A DNA stretch of 64,000 bases from an uncultured delta proteobacterium (lineage in GTDB: Bacteria > Myxococcota > Myxococcia > SLRQ01): contig CAVSGM010000002.1 in assembly GCA_963727485.1 (NCBI GenBank), forward strand, positions 768,001 to 832,000, read 5' to 3'. Below the pieces are notes generated by a model. That model saw only the letters and a list, made by a program, of their open reading frames with translations. It searched no databases and had not been told where the DNA came from. Of this stretch, positions 14,156 to 23,949 are shown one piece after another. The translations under genes and the position numbers were made by a program. Each line of letters begins with the position of its first letter. The first letter of the stretch is position 1.

Positions 14156-14772
14156 CCGTCGTCGTCCTGGGGGTCGGCGCCCGGGGCGCCTCCGGCGGCG
14201 GCGCGGGGCGCCTCGCGGGCCTCGGCGGCGGCGCCGGGCGCCTCGCGGGCCTCGGCGGCCGTGTCCTCGGCCGGGGCGGTGATCTTGGTGCGGTAGCGGC
14301 GCGAGGGCCGCGGGGGCCGGGGGACGCGGTGGGCCTGGGCGCGGGCCGGGCGCGGCGGCGGCGCGGGGGCCTCGGCGGCGACCGGAGGGGCCTCGGCGGC
14401 GACCGCAGGGGGCTCGGGGGCCGGGGCCTCCGGCGACCGGCGCAGGGCGTCGAGGATCCGCTCGCTGGCGCGTCCGAGGGCGTCGCCGCGGCCGTCGTGG
14501 GCGTCGCGGAGGTCGGGTCCGCCGAGGCGGGCCACCTCGGCCTCGAGGAGCCGGACATAGCTCTCGAGCTCCGCCCGCCCCTGCCGCGCCTCCATCAGGC
14601 GCCGGGTGAGATCGAGGGTCCGCTCCTTCTCGGCGATGAGGCCCGAGTGGAGGGACATGAGCGAGTTCATCGCCCGCTCGGCGTAGCTCGCCGGCACCGA
14701 GGCGGCCGCGCGGTCGTCCGCGGATCGCTCCTGGGTGGACGCCTCCAGGCGCCGGTCCGTCGCGCTGTCCAT
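14140..14772 (-). CDS. Hypothetical coiled-coil protein with low-complexity tail
   Basis: SD GAGGG; LIAEKERTLDLTRRL coil; AEAREAP tandem repeats. Confidence 0.68.
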   Translation of the reverse strand: MDSATDRRLEASTQERSADDRAAASVPASYAERAMNSLMSLHSGLIAEKERTLDLTRRLMEARQGRAELESYVRLLEAEVARLGGPDLRDAHDGRGDALGRASERILDALRRSPEAPAPEPPAVAAEAPPVAAEAPAPPPRPARAQAHRVPRPPRPSRRYRTKITAPAEDTAAEAREAPGAAAEAREAPRAAAGGAPGADPQDDDGWRQW

Positions 14773-14954
14773 GCTTCCCTCCTCGGCGTGCAGCGTGGGG
14801 CGCGCGGCATCGGGCCCCGATCGGCGCCGACGGTGCCACGGGCGGTGGTTCCGGTCAAATTCCCGGACGGGGGTGGGAAGGCGCCCACATCCGGAAAACC
14901 CCAATGGGTACGGACCTGTACGGACCCCGCCCTTCGTGGTACACCTGGACGGGC

Positions 14955-17900
14955 ATGGGTCTGCCCAGGGTATCCGTCGTCGCGACCCTCTGTGCGGGGG
15001 TGATCGCCTGTACGCCCACCGCGCCGGTGGACCGCATCCCCCAGGCCGTGGCCTCCGCGGACCGCCTCGCCGGCAACGCCCCCCTCACGGTGGCGTTCAC
15101 CGGCAAGGCCCTCGGCGGCGACCCGCCCCTGAAGTACGCCTGGGACTTCGGCGACGGCCAGAGCGCCCAGGTCCAGAGCCCGACCCACACCTACCCGGTG
15201 AAGGGCAGCTACCACGCGGTGCTCACCGTCACCGACGTCGACGGGGACGCCGACCAGGACGACCTCACCGTCCAGGTCGCCAGCTCCGCCCTCACCGCCC
15301 GCGTCGGCGCCGACCCCCTCTCGGGGAAGGCGCCGCTCCAGGTCCAGTTCACCTCCGGGGTCACCGGCGGCGCCCAGCCCTACACCAGCGACTGGGACTT
15401 CGGCGACGGCAACAAGAGCACCGACGCCAACCCGGTCCACGTGTTCAACACCGGCGGGCAGTACGCCGTCACCTACAAGGTCACCGACGCCAACGGCAAG
15501 AGCGCCACCGACCAGGTCCAGATCTCGGTCTCCGACGCCAGCAAGCCCGCGGCCACCGCCACCGCCACCCCCACCTCGGGGGCGGCGCCCCTCACCGTCG
15601 CCTTCCAGGGGAGCGCCACCGGCGGCACGGCGCCCTACACCTGGGAGTGGGACTTCGGGGACGCGAGCCCCAAGTCCAAGGCGGCGAACCCCAGCCACAC
15701 CTACCAGAGCGCCGGGACCTACACCGCGGCCCTCACCGTCACCGACGCCAACGGCGCCACCGACAGCCGCTCGGTGCAGATCACCGCCGCCGCCAACTCG
15801 GTCCCCGTGGCCAGCGCCAGCGCCACGCCCACCAAGGGGGTGGCCCCGCTCCAGGTGGCGTTCACCGGCCAGGCCACCGGCGGCGACAAGCCCCTGACCT
15901 GGAGCTGGGACTTCGGCGACGGCGGCACCTCCAGCCAGCCCACGCCGACCCACACCTTCCAGACCGCCGGGGTCTACACCGCCACCCTCACCGTCACCGA
16001 CGGCAACGGGGACAGCTCCAGCGCCCAGGTGAGCGTCGAGGTCGGCGACAACCAGATCCCCAAGGTCACCGCCTCGGCCAAGCCCGTCAGCGGCACCGCC
16101 CCCCTCACCGTGAGCTTCAGCGGCACCGCCAGCGGCGGCAACCCGCCGCTCACCTTCTCCTGGGACCTGGGCGACGGATCCACCTCCACCAACCAGAACC
16201 CCAGCCACACCTACCAGGCCGCCGGGACCTACAACGCCACGGTCACCGTCACCGACGCCAACGGCGACACCGACACCAGCTCGGTGTCCATCAACGTCGC
16301 CTCCAACAGCCAGCCGGTGGTCACCGCCTCGGCCTCGCCCACCAGCGGCCAGGCGCCGCTGGCCGTCTCCTTCTACGCCTCGGCCCAGGGGGGCAACCCA
16401 CCCCTGACCTGGTCGTGGAGCTTCGGCGACGGCAGCAAGGCCGCCACCACCGCCAACACCACCCACACCTACCAGGCCGCGGGGACCTACACCGCCCAGG
16501 TGGTCGCCACCGACGTCGACGGCGACGCCAGCTCGGCCACGGTCACCATCCAGGTCTCCTCCAACAGCATCCCCCACGCCCGGGCGTTCGCCGACGTGAC
16601 CCAGGGCATCGCGCCGCTGAAGGTGAGCTTCACCTCCCAGGTCACCGGCGGCGACGCCCCCCTGACCTACGCCTGGGACTTCGGCGACGGCGCCGGGACC
16701 ACCGGGACCAGCGCCAGCCACACCTACCAGAAGGCCGGGAGCTACACGGTCCTGCTCACCGTCACCGACGCCAACGGGGACACCTCCACCGACACCCTCA
16801 CCATCAACGTGGCGAGCAACTCGGTGCCCACCGTCTCGGCGAGCGCCAGCCCCGGCAGCGGCGCCCCACCCCTGGCCGTCGCCTTCACCGCCACCACCAG
16901 CGGGGGCAACGCGCCTCTGACCTACGCCTGGGACTTCGGCGACGGGAGCACCGCCACCGCCCAGAACCCGAGCCACACCTACCAGACCGCCGGCGTGTTC
17001 TCGGCGACGGTGGTGGTCACCGACGCCAACGGCGACTCGGCGAGCGCCTCGACCCAGGTCCTGGTCCAGCAGCAGCTCCCCGACCTCACCGTCTCGGGCC
17101 TCACCATCTCCGCCCAGGGCGACCAGGTGGTCTTCCACTACACGGTCACCAACAACGGCAACGCCGACTGCCCGGCGTTCAACATGGACATCTACGACGA
17201 CCGGAGCACCGCCCCGGCGTCCGGGGAGGCCGGACCCTTCTACCTCCCCGAGCAGCCGCTGGCCGCCGGGGCGAGCCGCACCGAGGGCGCCTTCGTCACT
17301 CTCACGCCGGGCACCCGCTCCGGGTGGATCCAGGCCGACGGCGCCAACTCGGTGGCCGAGAGCGACGAGACCAACAACGTCGCCGGCCCGGTGAGCTACG
17401 ACGTCTCCGGGCCCCTGGTGGTGAACGAGGTCCTCTACGATCCCCCGGGGAGCGACGCCGGGTGCTTCATCGAGCTCCACGGGCCCCCGGGCACCGACCT
17501 CACCGGCTACACCCTGGTGGGGGTGAACGGCGCCGGCGGGACCGACTACGCCACCATCGACCTCTCGGGGCAGGCCATCCGCTCCAACGGCTTCTTCGTG
17601 GTCGCCCAGGACTCGACCGTCCCCGCGTCGGTGGTCGACCTGGTCGACCCCAACGCCAACCTCCAGAACGGCCCCGACAGCGTGCAGCTGCGGTTCAACG
17701 GGGCGGTGGTCGACGCGGTGGGCTACGGCGACTTCTCCTCGGCGACCTTCGCCGGCGAGGGCACCCCGGCCCCGGACCCCTCGTCCTCGACCACCGACTA
17801 CAGCTCCATCGGCCGGGACACGGCGAGCACCGACACCGACGACAACGGCGTCGACTTCCACATCCTCGACTACCCCACCCCGGGGGCCCCGAACCCGATC

Positions 17901-18296
17901 TCCGGCGACACCTGCAGCTACGCCATCCCCGTCACCGCCTCGGCGACCCTCACCGGGACCACCGCCGGCGCCGTGGACGACTACGGCGCCTACAGCTGCG
18001 GCGCCGGGACCTGGCAGCCCGACGTGGTCTACGCCGTGTCCCTCTCCGCCGGCCAGACCCTCACCGCCACCATCACCCAGGCGGCCAGCGGCTTCGATAC
18101 CGTCCTCTATCTCCGGTCGGTGTGCACCTCCACCACCTCCGAGGTCGCCTGCAACGACGACGGGCCGGGCCTGGGCACCAACTCCCAGCTCGTCTACACC
18201 GCGTCCTCCTCGGGGACCTACTACCTGGTGGTCGACGGGTACGGCACGGCGTCGGGGAACTCCGGCGCCTACACCCTGACCGTGAACCTCCAGTAG
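14955..18296 (+). CDS. Large surface lipoprotein: 8 PKD repeats + CARDB + lamin-tail-like + PPC-like domain
   Basis: Lipobox VIAC; 8 W(D/S)(F/L)GD motifs; LPDLTVS..ESDETNN; VVNEVLYDP..FIELHG; ACNDD..YYLVVDGY. Confidence 0.88.
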   Translation: MGLPRVSVVATLCAGVIACTPTAPVDRIPQAVASADRLAGNAPLTVAFTGKALGGDPPLKYAWDFGDGQSAQVQSPTHTYPVKGSYHAVLTVTDVDGDADQDDLTVQVASSALTARVGADPLSGKAPLQVQFTSGVTGGAQPYTSDWDFGDGNKSTDANPVHVFNTGGQYAVTYKVTDANGKSATDQVQISVSDASKPAATATATPTSGAAPLTVAFQGSATGGTAPYTWEWDFGDASPKSKAANPSHTYQSAGTYTAALTVTDANGATDSRSVQITAAANSVPVASASATPTKGVAPLQVAFTGQATGGDKPLTWSWDFGDGGTSSQPTPTHTFQTAGVYTATLTVTDGNGDSSSAQVSVEVGDNQIPKVTASAKPVSGTAPLTVSFSGTASGGNPPLTFSWDLGDGSTSTNQNPSHTYQAAGTYNATVTVTDANGDTDTSSVSINVASNSQPVVTASASPTSGQAPLAVSFYASAQGGNPPLTWSWSFGDGSKAATTANTTHTYQAAGTYTAQVVATDVDGDASSATVTIQVSSNSIPHARAFADVTQGIAPLKVSFTSQVTGGDAPLTYAWDFGDGAGTTGTSASHTYQKAGSYTVLLTVTDANGDTSTDTLTINVASNSVPTVSASASPGSGAPPLAVAFTATTSGGNAPLTYAWDFGDGSTATAQNPSHTYQTAGVFSATVVVTDANGDSASASTQVLVQQQLPDLTVSGLTISAQGDQVVFHYTVTNNGNADCPAFNMDIYDDRSTAPASGEAGPFYLPEQPLAAGASRTEGAFVTLTPGTRSGWIQADGANSVAESDETNNVAGPVSYDVSGPLVVNEVLYDPPGSDAGCFIELHGPPGTDLTGYTLVGVNGAGGTDYATIDLSGQAIRSNGFFVVAQDSTVPASVVDLVDPNANLQNGPDSVQLRFNGAVVDAVGYGDFSSATFAGEGTPAPDPSSSTTDYSSIGRDTASTDTDDNGVDFHILDYPTPGAPNPISGDTCSYAIPVTASATLTGTTAGAVDDYGAYSCGAGTWQPDVVYAVSLSAGQTLTATITQAASGFDTVLYLRSVCTSTTSEVACNDDGPGLGTNSQLVYTASSSGTYYLVVDGYGTASGNSGAYTLTVNLQ

Positions 18297-18330
18297 CCCC
18301 GGGGCGCCGGGCCCCCGCTGGGTCACGCGC

Positions 18331-18675
18331 CTAGAGGTTCACGGTGTCCTTGGCCATGGCCCCGGTGGTCAGGCCCGCGGTGACCGTGGTCGCGGTGACC
18401 GGCGTCCCGCCCTTGGTGGCGGTCACGGTGATGGTCACCTGGGTCTCCTGGTCGTCGACCACCACCGCCACCGTCTGGGGGAACGGCTTGCTCAGGTCGA
18501 AGTGCTGGTCCTTGGCCTTCCCCGATCCCTCGATGTGCAGATCGAGGCCGTCGACGTCGGTGGGGACCTGCCGGGTCGAGTCGAGGGTGAGGACCACGCC
18601 GGTGTAGCCGGCGCCGCAGGCGAGCGGCGCGAAGGCGAGGCCGGCGCCGAGGAGGAGCAGGGCGAGGCGCTTCAA
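18331..18675 (-). CDS. Small hypothetical lipoprotein
   Basis: TTG start after GAGGAGG, overlapping the upstream stop; lipobox PLAC. Confidence 0.7.
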   Translation of the reverse strand: MKRLALLLLGAGLAFAPLACGAGYTGVVLTLDSTRQVPTDVDGLDLHIEGSGKAKDQHFDLSKPFPQTVAVVVDDQETQVTITVTATKGGTPVTATTVTAGLTTGAMAKDTVNL

Positions 18676-19610
18676 GGGGGACCTCCTCGCAGCGGGTAGT
18701 GGACGGCGCCGAGGGTGGTCGAGGGGAGGCCCCCGCCCTGGCTGCCGACCACCACCGCGGTGGTGGTCGCCGCGCCCACCGCGACCACGCCCAGGGTGAT
18801 CCACAGCCAGGTGGGCATGCCCCCGTGGTGCCGGTGGGCGACGGCCTCACGGGACTGGGGCATCTGGTCGATGTCCACCGCCTGGATCTTCTCGGGGCCC
18901 GGGTTCGGGGCCGGCGCCTGGGCGAGGGGCGAGGCGACGACCTTGAGGGTCAGCGGCTCGGTGGGGGTGCCGAGGCTGTGGAGGATCTCGCCCTCGGGGG
19001 CCTGGGCCACCAGGTAGTACTCGAGGGCGTAGCCGTCGGCCTCCCCGGCCACCGGCGGCGGGGTGAGGCGCGCCGTCCAGTCGTCTCCCTGGCGGTGGAA
19101 GCGCACCACCTGCCAGTCGGGCTCGCCCTCGCGGCGGTAGTAGGCGAGGAGGTCGCTGGTGAGGTGCTTGCGGTCGACCAGGCTGGCGGTGAGGCTCAGG
19201 GGCCGCCCGGCGAAGGCGCCCGGGGGCGGGAGGTGCTGGATGATCACGGTGGCGGTGCGGACCTTCTCGTAGGCCCGGCGCACCGACGCCGGCAGGGCCC
19301 TGGGCAGGGGCGCCTTGGGCGTGAGGCGCACCCGCCGGCGCCAGGGGGCCACCGCCTCGGCGGGTCGGCCGGCGAGCTGGTAGGCGGCGCCCAGCCACCC
19401 GAGGATGGCCTCCTCCTGGTCCACCGGGAGGCCTGGGAGATCGAGGCCCCGCCGCAGCTCGTGGATCGCCTTGGCGTAGCGGTGGCGATGGATGAGCTGC
19501 CGGGCCTCCTGGAGGTACATGTTGTGCCCCTGGGCCCGGGCCACGGCCGGCAGCAGCGCCAGGGTCGTGGCCAGGAGGAGACCGGGGACGGCGGGTCGAA
19601 GGCGCGGCAT
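18672..19610 (-). CDS. Secreted TPR + Ig-like protein with C-terminal TM helix
   Basis: Signal peptide ending ARA-Q; TPR helix pair; LEYYLVA strand; WLWITLGVVAVG helix. Confidence 0.75.
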   Translation of the reverse strand: MPRLRPAVPGLLLATTLALLPAVARAQGHNMYLQEARQLIHRHRYAKAIHELRRGLDLPGLPVDQEEAILGWLGAAYQLAGRPAEAVAPWRRRVRLTPKAPLPRALPASVRRAYEKVRTATVIIQHLPPPGAFAGRPLSLTASLVDRKHLTSDLLAYYRREGEPDWQVVRFHRQGDDWTARLTPPPVAGEADGYALEYYLVAQAPEGEILHSLGTPTEPLTLKVVASPLAQAPAPNPGPEKIQAVDIDQMPQSREAVAHRHHGGMPTWLWITLGVVAVGAATTTAVVVGSQGGGLPSTTLGAVHYPLRGGPP

Positions 19611-19628
19611 GATGGGCTCCGTCCTCCC

Positions 19629-20216
19629 CTAGCCCCGGCTGCGGGCGACCAGGGTCGCCATGGCGCCCCGCTCGTCCTCGCGCTCCTCGTAGAGCTCGAC
19701 CTCGAGGTCGGCGAAGAGGCTGCGGAGCTCCCCGGGCTTCAGGCACCACTCCTCGGGGAAGCTCGGGCGCTGCACCCGGTGGGCGGTGGTCCAGGTCTGG
19801 TAGATGAGCACCCCGCCGGCCTTGAGGGCGCTGGCGATCTTCGGCGCCGCCTGCCGCGAGAGGAAGCGGAAGCAGAGCACCAGGTCGTAGGTGGCGACCG
19901 GGAGCGGCTGGGTGGTCACGTCGCCGAGCGAGAGGTGGACGCTCTCGAGGACGCCCTCGCTGCTGGCGGCGACGCGCAGGCGCTCGATGGCGACGTCGGA
20001 GAGGTCGAGGGCGTCGACGTCGTAGCCCCGCTTGGCGAGGAAGAGGGCGTTGGCGCCGATGCCACAGGCCACCTCGAGGGCGCGACCCTTGGGCAGGCTG
20101 GGGATCCGCTCCGCGACGATGACGTCGGGCGCCCAGTCGGCGTTGAAGCCCGCCGCCGAGTACCGTCGGTTCCAGCGGAGCCGGTCAGGATGGATGCTCA
20201 TGGGGACGAGCATCAT
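19629..20216 (-). CDS. Class I SAM-dependent methyltransferase (TehB-like)
   Basis: ALEVACGIGANALFLA, DLSDVAI, YDLV, LKAGG; start uncertain (20201-20216). Confidence 0.85.
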   Translation of the reverse strand: MMLVPMSIHPDRLRWNRRYSAAGFNADWAPDVIVAERIPSLPKGRALEVACGIGANALFLAKRGYDVDALDLSDVAIERLRVAASSEGVLESVHLSLGDVTTQPLPVATYDLVLCFRFLSRQAAPKIASALKAGGVLIYQTWTTAHRVQRPSFPEEWCLKPGELRSLFADLEVELYEEREDERGAMATLVARSRG

Positions 20217-20224
20217 AGCAGCGG

Positions 20225-20806
20225 TCAGCGGGCCCGAGGAATGCCCAGCGCGCGGTTCACCGACGCGGCGTCCATGGGGCCCACCACCCGGTACACGACC
20301 TTCCCCCGGCCGTCGAGGACGAAGGTCGCCGGGAGGGCCCCGTTCCACGACCTGTCGAGCCGGGCGGCGAGGACGCTGGGATCGTCGACGGCGAGGCGGA
20401 AGCGCCCGGGGCCGGGGCCGACCAGCTTCCGGGCCAGGGCCGCGTCCTTGGGCTGGACCACCGCCAGGAGCAGGACCTCGGCCTGGCGGCGCCAGATGGG
20501 GACGGCCTCGAGGACCCGCGGGAGCTCCTTGACGCAGGGGGGGCACCAGGTGGCCCAGAAGTGGACCACCACCCGCCGGTGGGCCTTGCGGGCGTGGTCG
20601 AGGCGGGCGAAGAGGGCCTTGGCGTCGAGGACCGGGAGGGGCGGCTTCCGGGCGGGGGCCCGGCGCTTCCTGGCGACCCCGGGCGTCGCGGGGGCGTGGG
20701 CCCCGGGCCCGGCGGCGGCGCGGGGCCGGGCCGCGCCGTGGGCGGAACCGGCGGCGGCGGGCGCGGCGACGAGGAGCGCGAGCAGGCAGACGGCGAGGCG
20801 ACCCAT
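20225..20806 (-). CDS. TlpA/ResA-like periplasmic thioredoxin
   Basis: Signal peptide; FWATWCPPCVKELP; ALPATFVLD. Confidence 0.88.
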   Translation of the reverse strand: MGRLAVCLLALLVAAPAAAGSAHGAARPRAAAGPGAHAPATPGVARKRRAPARKPPLPVLDAKALFARLDHARKAHRRVVVHFWATWCPPCVKELPRVLEAVPIWRRQAEVLLLAVVQPKDAALARKLVGPGPGRFRLAVDDPSVLAARLDRSWNGALPATFVLDGRGKVVYRVVGPMDAASVNRALGIPRAR

Positions 20807-20905
20807 GGCCCGGGGATACCGGAGGCCCGACCCGGGGGTCAAGGCGCCCCACCCCGCCGCCCGGGCCGATTGACCCGGGCCGGCACCGGGGGCGACCATG
20901 GGTCC

Positions 20906-21490
20906 GTGGGGGTCCCGCTCCTCGTCACCTGCTTCGAGCCGTTCGACGGGCGCGCTGCGAACACGAGCATGCGCGTCCTGGCGTCCATGCTCGAGAGCCC
21001 GCCCGACGGGGTCGCCGCCCGGGTGCTCCCGGTGGACTTCCGGGCCCTCAAGCGCCTGGTCCCCCGGCTGGTGACCTCGGTGGGCCCGGAGCGCTGGCTC
21101 CTCCTCGGGGAGTACGGCGGCGGCGACCACCTCCGGTGCGAGCGCATCGCGGTGAACCTCCTCGACGGCGACGTCCCCGACAACACGGGCCTCCTCCCCG
21201 GGGGCCGGCGGGCGGTGCGCGGGGGCCCCGACGCCTACTTCACCACCCTCGACCCGGCGCGGCTCCGGGACCACTTCCTGGCCCTCGACATCCCCGCCAC
21301 CCTCTCGGAGAGCGCCGGGACCTACGCCTGCAACCTCGCCCTCTACCTCGCCCTCCACCACGCCCGGCGGAGCGGCGGGGGCACCGAGGTGGGCTTCGTC
21401 CACGTGCCCCGTCACTACCGGCGCACCGGTCACACCCTCCGGGGGCTGCGCGCGGCCCTCGGGGAGCTCGCCCGCGACCTCGCCCGGTGA
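20906..21490 (+). CDS. pcp: Pyroglutamyl-peptidase I
   Basis: LVTCFEPFDG, ERIAVN, AGTYACN, GFVHVP (Glu/Cys/His triad). Confidence 0.9.
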   Translation: MGVPLLVTCFEPFDGRAANTSMRVLASMLESPPDGVAARVLPVDFRALKRLVPRLVTSVGPERWLLLGEYGGGDHLRCERIAVNLLDGDVPDNTGLLPGGRRAVRGGPDAYFTTLDPARLRDHFLALDIPATLSESAGTYACNLALYLALHHARRSGGGTEVGFVHVPRHYRRTGHTLRGLRAALGELARDLAR

Positions 21491-21525
21491 GCCCGGCGCC
21501 GCGCCCGTCCCCGGGCCAGGCGGCC

Positions 21526-21574
21526 TTGCCAAGGTGCCGGCCATCGGGTACACGCCTTGATTGACGAGTCAATC
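21526..21574 (+). promoter_or_regulatory. Promoter plus palindromic operator
   Basis: TTGCCA-N17-TACACG followed by perfect inverted repeat GATTGAC-GA-GTCAATC (21559-21574). Confidence 0.65.
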
Positions 21575-21594
21575 TGACATCCCAGGAGCAGCGC

Positions 21595-23178
21595 ATGGCC
21601 CGGAGCGAGAAGATGCGAGCGGCGGTGGAGGCCCTCCTCCACAAGCGGGAGACGGCCTACCAGATGGGCGGCCCCGAGCGGGTGGCCCGCCTCGCCGAGA
21701 AGGGCAAGCTCGACGTCCGCACCCGCCTCGACCTCCTCTTCGACGCCGGGACCTTCGTGGAGCTCGGCCTCCACGCCCAGCACCAGGGCAAGCTCGCGGA
21801 GGCGCAGCCCAAGCCCTCCCCCGCCGACGGCTGCGTCACCGGCATCGGCGAGGTCGACGGGCGCCCGGTGGCCGTCGCCGCCTACGACTTCACGATCTAC
21901 GGCGGCTCCATCGGCGAGATCGCCGAGTACAAGACCACCCGCCTGCGCGACCTGGCCCTCAAGGAGCGCATCCCCATCGTCTGGCTCATCGACTCCGCCG
22001 GGGCGCGCCTCTCCGCCGACAGCGCCATGGACCCGCGGGCCATCTCCGGGTTCGGGGGCACCGGGTACCTGTTCCGGGAGCAGTCGATCCTCTCCGGCGT
22101 CATCCCCCAGGTGGCGGCGATGGTCGGGCCCGGCGCCGCGGGCACCGCCTACATCCCGGGGCTCGCCGACTTCGTCCCCATGGTGAAGGGCACCAGCTCC
22201 ATGGCCATCGGCGGCCCCTACCTCACCGAGTCGACCATCGGCGAGAAGGTCACCGAGGAGGAGCTCGGCGGCTCCAAGATCCACACCACCCTCTCGGGGG
22301 TCGCGGACCTCCAGGTGGAGGACGACCGCGCCTGCATCCAGGCCATCAAGGACTACCTCTCGTACTTCCCCGGCTCGTGCACCGCCAGGCCGCCGCGGCG
22401 GGAGTCGACGGTGAGCCCCGGCGACAAGGTCGACGACGCCATCCTCGACATCGTCCCCGACAACCCGCGCCAAGCCTACGACATGCTCAAGATCCTCCGC
22501 CTGGTGGTCGACGGCGGCGTGCTCTTCGAGATGAAGCCCAAGTGGGCCAAGAACATCGTCACCGCCTTTGCCCGCATCGACGGCCGGCCGGTGGGCCTCG
22601 TCGCCAACAACCCCAAGTACTACGGCGGCATCCTCGACGTGAACTCCGCCGACAAGGCGGCGCGCTTCGTCAACCTCTGCGACAGCTTCAACCTCCCGCT
22701 CGTCTTCTTCCAGGACGTCCCCGGGTTCATGGTGGGCACCAAGGTCGAGCAGGCGGGCATCATCCGCCACGGCGCCAAGATGCTCCAGGCGGTGAGCCTG
22801 GCCACCGTGCCCAAGCTCACGGTGCTGGTGCGCAAGGCCTACGGCGCCGGCTACTACGTGATGAACGGCCGCGCCTACGAGCCCGACCTCATCGTGGCCT
22901 GGCCCGGCGCCGAGGTGAGCGTCATGGGCGCCGAGGGGATGGTCTCCATCGCCGCCCGGAAGATGCTGGCGCAGGCGGACGACCCCAAGGCGGTCAAGCA
23001 GCAGCTCGCCGACGCCCTGCGACCCCACATCAACATCTGGCAGGTCGCGGCCCTCGGCCACGTCGACGACGTCATCGATCCCCGGGAGACCCGGTGGGTG
23101 CTGGCCCGGGCCCTCGCCTACTCGGAGAACAAGACGGTGGAGCGCCCCTGGCGCAAGGGGCCGGTGAGGCCGGTGTAG
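21595..23178 (+). CDS. Acyl-CoA carboxylase carboxyltransferase (beta) subunit
   Basis: DFTIYGGS, DSAGARL, QDVPGFMVG, RKAYGAG, DDVIDPRETR. Confidence 0.94.
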   Translation: MARSEKMRAAVEALLHKRETAYQMGGPERVARLAEKGKLDVRTRLDLLFDAGTFVELGLHAQHQGKLAEAQPKPSPADGCVTGIGEVDGRPVAVAAYDFTIYGGSIGEIAEYKTTRLRDLALKERIPIVWLIDSAGARLSADSAMDPRAISGFGGTGYLFREQSILSGVIPQVAAMVGPGAAGTAYIPGLADFVPMVKGTSSMAIGGPYLTESTIGEKVTEEELGGSKIHTTLSGVADLQVEDDRACIQAIKDYLSYFPGSCTARPPRRESTVSPGDKVDDAILDIVPDNPRQAYDMLKILRLVVDGGVLFEMKPKWAKNIVTAFARIDGRPVGLVANNPKYYGGILDVNSADKAARFVNLCDSFNLPLVFFQDVPGFMVGTKVEQAGIIRHGAKMLQAVSLATVPKLTVLVRKAYGAGYYVMNGRAYEPDLIVAWPGAEVSVMGAEGMVSIAARKMLAQADDPKAVKQQLADALRPHINIWQVAALGHVDDVIDPRETRWVLARALAYSENKTVERPWRKGPVRPV

Positions 23179-23199
23179 CGGCCGGGGCCGCCGGTTGGG

Positions 23200-23949
23200 C
23201 TAGGGCGCGGTGGTGAAGTCCGAGACGAGCTCGGCGCCAAGCTGCTGGGCGTCGGTGCTCTGGACGTCCGAGGTCACGTGCAGCTGGTAGCCGGTGCTCG
23301 CCGCCAGCGCCGACCGCGGCTTCAGGTCGACCTTCAGCCCCCCGCTGCCGGTCACCGGACCCACCACCGCGCTCACCCGGCGGCCGGCGGTGTCGGCGAG
23401 GAAGAAGTGCCGGGCGTCGGCGAAGCGGTCGGGGATGGGCCGGCTCAGGGTCACCTCCACCGTGGTCGCCGGATCGACGCCGGTGCTCCCGTCGGCCGGG
23501 TCCACCCGGGACACCCCGAAGGCGATGGGCGTGTCCGTGGGCGTGAAGTGGCGGACGAAGGCCTGGCCCATGGGGTTGAAGTACCGATCCTCCACCGTGC
23601 CCGAGACGGTGAGGGTCCACACCACACCGGGGGTGAGCGGCGCGTCGGGGACGAAGCGCACCAGGTTGTCGGTGTCCTGGGCCCGGCGGTCGAGGTGGCC
23701 GCTGGCGGTCAGGGGGCCGGCGACCAGGGTGAAGGCGGCGAGGTTCACCGAGTCCCAGTTCATGGGCTCGGAGAACCACACCGAGAGCGCGGCGCCCGTG
23801 GGCACCCCGGTGGCCCCCTCCACCGGGAGGGCGAAGTCCACCGACGGCGGCGTGGTGTCCACCGCGGCGAAGGGCGACTGCCCGGGGACCGCGCAGCCGG
23901 TGGCGAAGAGCGCGGCCGCCGCCACGCCGAAAAGTCGCGCGCGGATCAT
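23200..23949 (-). CDS. Lipoprotein with two bacterial Ig-like (Big_5-type) domains
   Basis: Lipobox ATGC; P..GATGV....WFSEPM..FTP and PADGSTGV..FTT; ATGA-coupled to the cytochrome gene. Confidence 0.82.
   Translation of the reverse strand: MIRARLFGVAAAALFATGCAVPGQSPFAAVDTTPPSVDFALPVEGATGVPTGAALSVWFSEPMNWDSVNLAAFTLVAGPLTASGHLDRRAQDTDNLVRFVPDAPLTPGVVWTLTVSGTVEDRYFNPMGQAFVRHFTPTDTPIAFGVSRVDPADGSTGVDPATTVEVTLSRPIPDRFADARHFFLADTAGRRVSAVVGPVTGSGGLKVDLKPRSALAASTGYQLHVTSDVQSTDAQQLGAELVSDFTTAP

Noticed and set aside
15100..17040. Recurring tgggacttcggcgacgg every roughly 255 bp as a possible CRISPR or DNA repeat array
   Set aside because: Coding PKD repeats; period too long for CRISPR and no cas genes
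14667..18334. Very long antisense and alternate-frame ORFs (1219 and 1199 aa; also 36854-40618 and others)
   Set aside because: Shadow ORFs typical of high-GC coding DNA, with no recognisable motifs
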